NCBI GenBank assembly: GCA_965208125.1
Contig: OZ242320.1
Span: 4,000,001 to 4,064,000, forward strand
Direction of reading: 5' to 3'
DNA: 64,000 bases
From: Candidatus Latescibacterota bacterium
GTDB lineage: Bacteria > Latescibacterota > UBA2968
Shown: in pieces, positions 17,495 through 25,719 of the stretch
Layout of the letters: every line of letters begins with the position of its first letter
Position numbering within the stretch: the first letter of the stretch is position 1
Notes under the pieces: model-generated
Told to the model about the DNA's origin: nothing
Databases searched by the model: none
The model's input: the letters and a program-made list of their open reading frames with translations, nothing else
Position numbers and translations under genes: made by a program

Positions 17495-20461
17495 ATGTCG
17501 CAAATGTTTTTGAACAAAGGAATGTTGTTTATTACTGTCTTTGTGTTGCTATTATGCGTGGGGCACGCCTCTGCTGGTCCCGTGGGCAATCAGACAGATG
17601 GTACTGCGCAGCCTGGGGATCTCGACGGCGATGGGACGGTTGGTTTTGCGGACTTTTTGTTATTTGCAAGCATGTTTGGAGCAAGTCAAGGCGATGACAG
17701 GTATGATGCTCGGGCCGATCTGGACAAAGATGGTATGATAGGTTTTGGCGATTTTCTGCTCTTTGTCAATGCCTTTGGTACATCCGACTCTGGCGGTGGT
17801 GGCGGTGGTAGCCCTGATCTCATTGTTACAGCGCCTTCGGTGAGTGACACTCTGTTGACGCCTGGGCAGATGCTCACGTTGAATGTGACGGTACGCAACC
17901 AGGGAAATGCACAAGCCGCTGAGACGATGCTGACGTATTATCTCTCGACCGACGCGACAATCTCGACGGATGATACAGAGGTTGGCACGGATGCCATAGG
18001 CAGTCTCAATGCGGAAGGCACGAGTGGTCAGTCGATTGAATTGAATGCGCTATCGAGTGCTGGCACATACTATTACGGTGCCTGCGTGGCGAGTGTCAGC
18101 GGAGAGAGCAATACGAATAACAACTGCTCAGATGGGGTGAGTGTCACGGTCAGCGATGGCGGGGAAGGTGGTCAAAGTAGTGATGAGATGTCCTTCGATC
18201 TGGATAGCAACAATAATCCACAGGATATCATCTATGTCAACAATCGATTCTACGTGCTTGATCGGGCGGGGGCAAGGGTCTATGGGTATGGGAGTGATGG
18301 TCAGCGCGATGCGGCTGGAGACTTCCGTCTGGATAGCAGTTCTCCGTCCGGTATCACCTTTGCCAACAACCGATTCTATGTGGTTGATGACGAAGATGAT
18401 AAGGCTTATGGGTATGGGAGTGATGGTCAGCGCGATGCGGCAGCAGACTTCGATCTGGGTATCAGTGATCCAAGGGGTATCGCCTTTGCCAACGACCGAT
18501 TCTATGTGGCTAATGACGAAGATGATAAGGCTTATGGATATGGGAGTGATGGTCAGCGCGATGCGGCAGCAGACTTCGATCTGGGTATCAGCGATCCGAG
18601 GGGTATCACCTTTGCCAATGACCGATTTTATGTGGTTAATGACGGGGATAATAGGACCTATGTGTACACGAGTTCTGGTCAGCGTGTCGCGGATGCAGAC
18701 TTCCGTTTGTTTACTGGTGATCCGAGGGGTATCACCTTTGCCAACAACCGATTCTATGTAGTTGATTTCTGGAATGATAAGGTCTATGGGCACGGGAGTG
18801 ATGGGCGGCGTGATTCGGGTGGAGACTTCGATCTGCATAGCAACAACACGCCACAGGGTATTACCTATGTCAATGACCGATTCTATGTGCTCGATGTGGA
18901 TGATGGAAAGGTCTATGGGTATGGGAGTGATGGTCAGCGCGATGCGGCAGCAGACTTTGATCTGGTTAACAGTGATCCGTTTAGTATTACCTATGCCAAC
19001 GACCGGTTCTATGTGCTTGATGCCTCGGATCTAAAGGTTTATGTGTACACGAGTTCTGGTCAGCGTGTTGAGGATGCAGACTTCGACCTGGCTGGCGGCA
19101 ACGCTGATCCAGCGGGTATCAGCTATGTCAACGACCAATTCTATGTGCTTGATGCCGAAGATGAAAAGGTTTATGTGTACACGAGTTCTGGTCAGCGCGA
19201 TGCGATTACAGACTTCAATCTGGCTAACAGTTCTCCGTCGGGTCTCACCTATGCTGACAATCTGTTCTATGTGCTTGATTCCGCAGATGAGAAGGTTTAT
19301 GTGTACACGAGTTCTGGTCAGCGCGTTGGGGCTGCAGACTTCGATGTGGCTTTCAGTTCCCCGGTGGGTCTCATCTATGTCGGCAACCAATTCTATGTGG
19401 TTGATATCGAAGGTGCAAAGGTTCATTGGTACCCGATTGCCGACCCCATTCCCGATCTAATTGTTGTAGCGCCGTCGGTGAGCGATAGCAGCCCGAATCC
19501 CGGCGAGCCCTTCGGTTTTAGTGCTGTGGTTCGCAACCAGGGCGCGGGTTCTTCGGCCGCGACTACCTTGCGCTTCTACCTCTCAACCGATGATTCGATC
19601 ACAACGGGTGATACAGCGGTTGGCACGGCCGCCATAGGCAGTCTCAATGCGGGGGAGGCGAATGGTCAGGAAATGGGCTTGAATGCGCCATCGAGTGTGG
19701 GGATATACTACTACGGCGCATGTGTCCAGAGCGTCAGTGGAGAGAGCGATATAGATAACAACTGCTCAAATGAGGTACGTGTCTCGACTGCAGACTTCGA
19801 TCTGGATGGCGAAAACACTGATCCGGAAGGTATCACCTTTGCCAACAACCGATTCTATGTGGTTGATTCCAGAGATGCAAAAGTTTATGCGTACACGAGT
19901 TCTGGTCAGCGCGATGCGGCTGCAGACTTCGCCCTGGATGGCAACAATAATAGTCCAGAAGATATCATCTTTGCCAACAATCGATTCTATGTGCTCGATC
20001 GGGGAAGTGTGTCTGATCGGGGCGATGAAAAGATTTATGGGTACACGAGTTCTGGTCAGCGCGATGCGGCTGCAGACTTCGATCTGGATAGCAACAACAG
20101 TACTCCGTCGAGTATTACCTATGCCAACGACCGATTCTATGTGGTTGATTTTTTGAGTTTAAAGGTTTATGGGTACACGAGTTCTGGTCAGCGCGATGCG
20201 GCTGCAGACTTCGATCTGGATGAAAACAATATTAATCCGTTTGGTATTAGCTATGTCAACGACCGATTCTATGTGGTTGAAAACGGAGATGACGAGGGTG
20301 ATCAGGTCTATGTGTACACGAGTTCCGGACAACGTGATGAGGAGACAGACTTCAATCTGACTAACACTGATCCGTTTGGTACTACCTATGTCAACAACCT
20401 GTTCTATGTGGTTGATAATGGAGATGATCAGGTTTATGCGTACACGAGCTCCGGACAATAA
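17495..20461 (+). CDS. secreted modular protein: signal peptide + dockerin/EF-hand-like pair + CARDB + 10 propeller-blade repeats + CARDB + 5 repeats
   Basis: signal 'HASA|G'; two DxDxDG loops; 'PDLIV...VRNQG...GTYYYGACV...ESxxxNNCS' twice; 15 repeats of about 42-50 aa DFxL...PxGITxxNxRFYVxD...KVYxYxSxGQR. Confidence 0.9.
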   Translation: MSQMFLNKGMLFITVFVLLLCVGHASAGPVGNQTDGTAQPGDLDGDGTVGFADFLLFASMFGASQGDDRYDARADLDKDGMIGFGDFLLFVNAFGTSDSGGGGGGSPDLIVTAPSVSDTLLTPGQMLTLNVTVRNQGNAQAAETMLTYYLSTDATISTDDTEVGTDAIGSLNAEGTSGQSIELNALSSAGTYYYGACVASVSGESNTNNNCSDGVSVTVSDGGEGGQSSDEMSFDLDSNNNPQDIIYVNNRFYVLDRAGARVYGYGSDGQRDAAGDFRLDSSSPSGITFANNRFYVVDDEDDKAYGYGSDGQRDAAADFDLGISDPRGIAFANDRFYVANDEDDKAYGYGSDGQRDAAADFDLGISDPRGITFANDRFYVVNDGDNRTYVYTSSGQRVADADFRLFTGDPRGITFANNRFYVVDFWNDKVYGHGSDGRRDSGGDFDLHSNNTPQGITYVNDRFYVLDVDDGKVYGYGSDGQRDAAADFDLVNSDPFSITYANDRFYVLDASDLKVYVYTSSGQRVEDADFDLAGGNADPAGISYVNDQFYVLDAEDEKVYVYTSSGQRDAITDFNLANSSPSGLTYADNLFYVLDSADEKVYVYTSSGQRVGAADFDVAFSSPVGLIYVGNQFYVVDIEGAKVHWYPIADPIPDLIVVAPSVSDSSPNPGEPFGFSAVVRNQGAGSSAATTLRFYLSTDDSITTGDTAVGTAAIGSLNAGEANGQEMGLNAPSSVGIYYYGACVQSVSGESDIDNNCSNEVRVSTADFDLDGENTDPEGITFANNRFYVVDSRDAKVYAYTSSGQRDAAADFALDGNNNSPEDIIFANNRFYVLDRGSVSDRGDEKIYGYTSSGQRDAAADFDLDSNNSTPSSITYANDRFYVVDFLSLKVYGYTSSGQRDAAADFDLDENNINPFGISYVNDRFYVVENGDDEGDQVYVYTSSGQRDEETDFNLTNTDPFGTTYVNNLFYVVDNGDDQVYAYTSSGQ
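18191..19440 (+). repeat. coding tandem repeat block 1 (10 units of about 126-132 nt)
   Basis: recurrent GGTCAGCGCGATGCGGCAGCAGACTTCGATCTGG and CCGATTCTATGTG. Confidence 0.9.
19790..20458 (+). repeat. coding tandem repeat block 2 (5 units)
   Basis: recurrent GTACACGAGTTCTGGTCAGCGCGATGCGGCTGCAGACTTCG. Confidence 0.9.
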
Positions 20462-20502
20462 CACACGGGGAACCTGAAAAAGAAATCGCATTTTAGGCTT
20501 TG

Positions 20503-20551
20503 ACAACAGAGTGGGTTTGCCTATTTTAATACCTGCTCTGTTGTTTTTTTT
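20503..20551 (+). terminator. intrinsic terminator after repeat-protein gene
   Basis: ACAACAGAGTGGGT...ACCTGCTCTGTTGT followed by a T-tract. Confidence 0.65.
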
Positions 20552-20565
20552 AACGAGAAATTATC

Positions 20566-21075
20566 GTGAAATCGCCCGCGCTGTTTGAGACTGATGAAGC
20601 TGTTGAAAAGGCTAAGGCGTATGTCCTGCGCTTGCTGAGCAGACGTGCTTATACGAAAAAAGAGATTTGCGACAAACTCGCTGGGCGAGGTTATGAGCAA
20701 GGCGCGATTGAACAGACTGTCTCGATGCTCAAGCGTCTCAATTTAATTGATGATGTGTTGTTTGCTCGTCAATTTGTCGAGCAACGGTTGCGATTGCGGC
20801 CTTCTGGCCGGATGGCACTTGCGCGCGATCTTGTGCATCGGGGTGTTCCTGCTGAGATAATTGATCGTGTTTTGGACGATATTTTGGCAGATATTGATAT
20901 TGAAGATGTCGCACTCGATTTGTTGATGGGCAGGACAAATCGCTACCGGGGATTATCGCGTGAGAAGGCTCTCGGACGGATGTTCGGTTTTTTAGGGCGC
21001 CGGGGATTTGAGGTTTCGGTTGCGCGAGATGTCGCCTATAAAGTTTGGTCTAAAATAGAGAATGAAGAAGGTTAA
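20566..21075 (+). CDS. recX: regulatory protein RecX
   Basis: 'LRLLSRRAYTKKEICDKL', 'LIDDVLFA', 'FLGRRGF'; upstream of alaS. Confidence 0.9.
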   Translation: MKSPALFETDEAVEKAKAYVLRLLSRRAYTKKEICDKLAGRGYEQGAIEQTVSMLKRLNLIDDVLFARQFVEQRLRLRPSGRMALARDLVHRGVPAEIIDRVLDDILADIDIEDVALDLLMGRTNRYRGLSREKALGRMFGFLGRRGFEVSVARDVAYKVWSKIENEEG

Positions 21076-21082
21076 ATAAAAG

Positions 21083-23701
21083 ATGAAGACTGCTGTACAA
21101 ATTCGCGAAGAGTTTCAGGCATTTTTTGAGTCCAAAGGTCATACACGGGTTCAAAGTGCCCCTCTATTGCCGCAAGACGATCCTACTCTGTTATTTACCA
21201 ATGCGGGTATGAATCAGTTTAAGGATGTGTTTTTGGGCACTGGGCGTCGCCCTTATTCACGGGCGGTTGATACGCAGAAGTGCTTGCGGGTTTCGGGCAA
21301 ACACAATGACCTGGAAGAAGTGGGATTCAGCCCCAACCATCACACATTTTTTGAGATGTTGGGCAACTGGTCTTTTGGCGACTACTTCAAAGAAGAAGCC
21401 ATAGCATGGGCCTGGGAGTTGCTCACAGATGTGTGGCAGTTGCCAAAAGATCGCATGTGGGCAACGGTGTTTGGTGGCGACGAGGAGGATGGTTTGGAGG
21501 CTGATGTGGAGGCTGAAAAACTCTGGTCCCTCGTGACGGATTTGCCCGCCAATCGCGTGTTGCGTTTAGGCAAGGAAGATAATTTTTGGGAGATGGGGAA
21601 TACCGGTCCTTGTGGTCCGTGTTCTGAGATACACTTTTATCTCGGCGATGACCCGACTCAACAGGATGCAGTGCCGGATGTAGATGCTGAGGATTATGTC
21701 GAAATCTGGAATCTGGTTTTTATTCAGTACAATCGCGGTGCCGATGGCATATTGCAGCCTTTGCCAGATCAGCATGTGGATACAGGGATGGGATTTGAGC
21801 GGATTTGTTCGATTTTGCAGGGTGTACAAACCACTTATGATACGGATGTGTTTGTGCCAATTATTGGGGCGATCAGTGAGATTACCCGAAAGCCTTATAA
21901 CAAAGACCATCAGGTACCCATACGCGTGATTGCCGATCATGTGCGTACACTCTCATTTGCAATCGCAGATGGGGTGCTGCCGTCCAATGAAGGGCGAGGC
22001 TATGTTTTGCGGCGGATTTTGCGCCGTGCCGCGCGGTTTGGGCGTTCGCTGGGGATGCATGAGCCGTTTATTTTTCGACTGGTAGAGACCGTTGTCAGTG
22101 AAATGGGTGTTGCTTTTCCCGAGGTGGCAGAAAAACGCGATCATATTACGCGGGTGATTCGGTCTGAGGAAGAGGGATTTGGTAAAACACTGGATCGCGG
22201 GCTGGAAATTTTCGACGCTATGCAGAGGAAAGGGCATATTTCAGGGGTAGATGCTTTTCAGTTGTACGATACCTATGGCTTTCCCATTGATTTGACGCGG
22301 TTGATGGCAGCCGAAAAGGGTATTGAGGTGGATGAGGAGGGCTTTGAAGAGCAAATGGCGGCACAGCAGGAGAGGTCTCGTTTGGCGGCTTCTTTTCATT
22401 TTGAAGTAAGAGCCCCAACAGTCACAAAGCTTCCCTCAAAACATTCGGAATTTGTGGGATACGAAACGCTCACATCCGATTCGCGCATTGTCGCCTATCA
22501 ACCCGCCCAGGATGATACGTTGGATCTCTATCTGGATATAACGCCATTTTATGCCGAGTCTGGTGGGCAGGTTGGGGATAAGGGCGAACTTGCAGGTGAA
22601 GGTGTGCGCTTTGAGGTAGAGACTACGTTCAGAGAAGGAGAAGCAATTGTTCATCGCGGTCGCCTGTGCGATGGGCAGGTCGAAGGATTGAAAGGGATGG
22701 ATGTGAAGGCGCACGTCGATGCTGAAATTCGTTTGAATACGGCGCGCAATCACACAGCGACGCATCTGATGCATCGCGCTTTGCGGCAGGTATTGGGCGA
22801 TCATGTACATCAGGCTGGCTCGCTGGTTGCCCCGGATAGGTTGCGATTTGATTTTACGCATTTTGAAGGTGTGACACCCGCGCAATTAGACGATATTGTG
22901 GGAATTGTCAATGACGTGGTCAGGCGGGATTGGGCTGTCGATATTTCTTTTGGCTCATTCGATCGCGCTGTGGAAATGGGTGCGATGATGTTGTTTAGCG
23001 AAAAATATGGCGATGTGGTGCGCATGGTACAGGTGGCGGATTTTAGCCTGGAGTTGTGCGGTGGTACGCATGTGCAAAGCACCGGACAAATCGGGCTGTT
23101 TCAGCTCACGCAAGAGACGGGTACCGCAGCTGGTGTGCGGCGCATTGAGGCGGTTACTGGACCTGGTGCAGAAGCCCTCGTGCGCGAGCAAAAGAAAATT
23201 TTGGTCAATCTCTCGTCGCAACTGAGTGCGCCAACATCGGAATTGTCCGATAAAGTCGCGAACCTGATCGCGCACAATCGCGAACTCGAGCGCGAGTTGC
23301 AGAGTTTGCGACGGGAACAGGCCGGTTCAGAGATGGATATGCTGGTAAGCAGTGCTCTGAATGTAAATGGGTTACGCGTTGTGGCTGCCGAGGTTTCACC
23401 GCCCGATATGGATGGGTTTCGCACAATGGGCGACGGTTTGCGCGATGCCCTGGGTACAGGAGGGGTTGGTGTGATTGGTGCGAATTTAAATGGCAAGGCA
23501 TCGCTTCTTGCGGTAGTGACGGACGACCTGATTGATCGGGGTGTGCAGGCTGGCAATGTTGTCAAAGCCATTGCACAAATCGTGGGTGGCGGCGGCGGCG
23601 GTCGCCCCCATCTGGCGCAGGCCGGTGGTAAGTTTCCCGAAAAGATCGGAGAGGCTCTGGCGCGAGTGCCTGATATCATTCGGGCACAGGTGGGAGGGTA
23701 A
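21083..23701 (+). CDS. alaS: alanine--tRNA ligase
   Basis: 'DPTLLFTNAGMNQFK', 'FEMLGNWSFGDYFK', HTATH...ELCGGTH editing site, GGGGG C-terminus. Confidence 0.99.
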   Translation: MKTAVQIREEFQAFFESKGHTRVQSAPLLPQDDPTLLFTNAGMNQFKDVFLGTGRRPYSRAVDTQKCLRVSGKHNDLEEVGFSPNHHTFFEMLGNWSFGDYFKEEAIAWAWELLTDVWQLPKDRMWATVFGGDEEDGLEADVEAEKLWSLVTDLPANRVLRLGKEDNFWEMGNTGPCGPCSEIHFYLGDDPTQQDAVPDVDAEDYVEIWNLVFIQYNRGADGILQPLPDQHVDTGMGFERICSILQGVQTTYDTDVFVPIIGAISEITRKPYNKDHQVPIRVIADHVRTLSFAIADGVLPSNEGRGYVLRRILRRAARFGRSLGMHEPFIFRLVETVVSEMGVAFPEVAEKRDHITRVIRSEEEGFGKTLDRGLEIFDAMQRKGHISGVDAFQLYDTYGFPIDLTRLMAAEKGIEVDEEGFEEQMAAQQERSRLAASFHFEVRAPTVTKLPSKHSEFVGYETLTSDSRIVAYQPAQDDTLDLYLDITPFYAESGGQVGDKGELAGEGVRFEVETTFREGEAIVHRGRLCDGQVEGLKGMDVKAHVDAEIRLNTARNHTATHLMHRALRQVLGDHVHQAGSLVAPDRLRFDFTHFEGVTPAQLDDIVGIVNDVVRRDWAVDISFGSFDRAVEMGAMMLFSEKYGDVVRMVQVADFSLELCGGTHVQSTGQIGLFQLTQETGTAAGVRRIEAVTGPGAEALVREQKKILVNLSSQLSAPTSELSDKVANLIAHNRELERELQSLRREQAGSEMDMLVSSALNVNGLRVVAAEVSPPDMDGFRTMGDGLRDALGTGGVGVIGANLNGKASLLAVVTDDLIDRGVQAGNVVKAIAQIVGGGGGGRPHLAQAGGKFPEKIGEALARVPDIIRAQVGG

Positions 23702-23709
23702 GTGCCTCA

Positions 23710-24459
23710 ATGTCGATATTCGAACAGTTGGTGGCTATTCGCAATCGCCGCGGGGCGGGGTTTTTGCCCTATCTGGATCCCGACAGGCTCGACAAAAAAG
23801 ATCTGGGACGCACGGCCTCTCTTTGCGAAGCGCAGGGGGCAGACGCCATTTTGATTGGCGGCAGTTTTTTGTTATCCACCAATTTTGATCGCATGGTACA
23901 CGAGGTCGTACGCGTTGTAGATATTCCAGTGATTATATTTCCCGGCGATACCAACCAGATCTCAGCGGCTGCCGATGCGATTATGTTTTTGTCGCTTATC
24001 AGTGGACGCAATCCCGAATTGCTGATTGGGCAACACGTCAAGGCCGCGCCAATTTTGAAAGCTCACGGCTTAGAAGCTATTGCAACCGGCTACGCACTCG
24101 TGGATACCGGGCAGCTAACCACAGCCGAATACGTGAGCAACACACGTCCCTTGCCGCGCGACAAACCCGAGATTGCAATGGCGCATGCTCTTGCCGCCGA
24201 GTATTTGGGTATGCAATGCGTGTATCTGGATGCCGGCAGCGGGCCAGAGTTGATGGTACCCGAAGAAATAGTGCAGGCAGTCTGTGGTTATGTATCGATC
24301 CCCATAATTGTCGGCGGTGGTATTCGCGATCCCGAAGCGGCAGCAAAACGGGTCGCATTGGGTGCATCTTTTGTGGTGATTGGTAGTATTTTTGAAGAAA
24401 CGGGTTGGGATGCCGCGCTGATTGGCGCGTTTGCTTCTGCCATTCACTGTCTCGACTGA
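23710..24459 (+). CDS. geranylgeranylglyceryl/heptaprenylglyceryl phosphate synthase (group II-like)
   Basis: 'LDPD', 'IGGS', 'FPG', 'LSLISGRNPELLIG', 'YLDAGSG', 'VGGGIR'. Confidence 0.9.
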   Translation: MSIFEQLVAIRNRRGAGFLPYLDPDRLDKKDLGRTASLCEAQGADAILIGGSFLLSTNFDRMVHEVVRVVDIPVIIFPGDTNQISAAADAIMFLSLISGRNPELLIGQHVKAAPILKAHGLEAIATGYALVDTGQLTTAEYVSNTRPLPRDKPEIAMAHALAAEYLGMQCVYLDAGSGPELMVPEEIVQAVCGYVSIPIIVGGGIRDPEAAAKRVALGASFVVIGSIFEETGWDAALIGAFASAIHCLD

Positions 24460-24489
24460 GTCCATTTTTTGACAATTGGGGATGTCGTT

Positions 24490-24513
24490 ACCGTCTTTGC
24501 GGACGGTTTTTTT
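24490..24513 (+). terminator. intrinsic terminator
   Basis: ACCGTCT-TTGC-GGACGGT plus T-tract. Confidence 0.6.
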
Positions 24514-24529
24514 ATGCGAGTGTATTGTT

Positions 24530-25420
24530 ATGTCTATTTCATCTGGCACAGTGTTGTGTTACGGGGTACTGGGTATCGACCAAATCGTGCAAGTGGCCTG
24601 GTTTCCCGAGCGCAATGGTCACACGCGCGCGTTTCGCGACGAAGAATTTGTCGGTGGAGAAGCGACCAATACGGCGGTGACTCTGAGCGGGTTGGGGGTT
24701 GACGTGCGGTTGATGGGGTGTGCAGTAGGAGACGATCGCAGGGGCGCACTTTTCTTGCGCTCAATGCGGCAATTTGACGTGGATATCCGCAGGCTCGATA
24801 TAGATCCCAGCGTTCGCACCGGGCACGCCGTTATCCTGTCTGATGTCAATGGCGGGCGAACGATTTGTGGACATTTTCCCGATGTGCGTAGCAGGCCACT
24901 AACTGAGGCGGATCTCGATGGTGTTACCCTGTTGTCGGTTGATCCCTTTTTGGGTGAAAATGCAATCCGAGCAGCTCAAATTGCACGAGAGCATGATATA
25001 ACTGTGTTTGCTATTGAACTGACGCCAGATCACCCGCTTGCAAAATTCTGTGATGTAGTGATCAATTCTGACGGTTTTATGCGCCGACACAGAATGGGCT
25101 TGCCCTCGGATGTGGCGGTTGGTCTTTTGAAGGCCGGTATAGAAACCGTGGTGATTACCAGAGGAAAACAGGGATGTCAGGTTTTTCAGGAAAATGGCAA
25201 TAGTTTTGAACAGCCCGCATACCAGGTCACTGCGCGCGATACAACAGGAGCGGGAGATGCCTTTCGAGCCGGTCTTATTTACGGATATTTGCAGGGATGG
25301 ACGCTGACGCGCAGTGTGCAATTTGCCAGCGGTAGTGCTGCACTAACATGTGGCAGAGCCGGTGGAGCAGGGCATATTCACGGGGCAGAACAGGTCTTGC
25401 AACTGATTGCCGAAGATTGA
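24530..25420 (+). CDS. PfkB family carbohydrate kinase
   Basis: 'GGEATNTAV', 'VITRGKQG', 'DTTGAGDAF'. Confidence 0.92.
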   Translation: MSISSGTVLCYGVLGIDQIVQVAWFPERNGHTRAFRDEEFVGGEATNTAVTLSGLGVDVRLMGCAVGDDRRGALFLRSMRQFDVDIRRLDIDPSVRTGHAVILSDVNGGRTICGHFPDVRSRPLTEADLDGVTLLSVDPFLGENAIRAAQIAREHDITVFAIELTPDHPLAKFCDVVINSDGFMRRHRMGLPSDVAVGLLKAGIETVVITRGKQGCQVFQENGNSFEQPAYQVTARDTTGAGDAFRAGLIYGYLQGWTLTRSVQFASGSAALTCGRAGGAGHIHGAEQVLQLIAED

Positions 25421-25455
25421 ATTTCAAATGTTTCTAATTGTGAGTGATACACACG

Positions 25456-25716
25456 ATGCTGGAACAACGGGCTACGGTAAAAAATAAACTGGGCATTCAC
25501 GCGAGACCCGCGGCTTTGCTGGTACAGGCGGCGGCTAAATTTACTTCGGAAATTACACTGGAAAAAGATGGTCTGGCAATCAATGGCAAGAGTATTATGG
25601 GTGTGATGATGTTGGCGGCGGAAGTGGGGTCTGTGATCACGGTGCGGGTTGAGGGTGAAGATGCTCGCGATGCACTGGATCATATCGTCGAAATGATTGA
25701 ATCAAAATTTGACTGA
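25456..25716 (+). CDS. ptsH: phosphocarrier protein HPr
   Basis: 'GIHARPAA' (His15), 'KSIMGVM' (Ser46). Confidence 0.95.
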   Translation: MLEQRATVKNKLGIHARPAALLVQAAAKFTSEITLEKDGLAINGKSIMGVMMLAAEVGSVITVRVEGEDARDALDHIVEMIESKFD

Positions 25717-25719
25717 GCT

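Noticed and set aside
18191-20458. CRISPR-like periodic ~30-nt conserved sequence
   Set aside because: Units are in-frame coding repeats of about 126-150 nt with homologous 'spacers'; no cas genes
17495-20461. Diversity-generating retroelement target
   Set aside because: No reverse transcriptase or template repeat in the window; variation includes indels and is not adenine-restricted
18128-20506. Long alternative-frame and antisense ORFs over the repeat gene
   Set aside because: By-products of a repetitive coding sequence; no RBS or independent features
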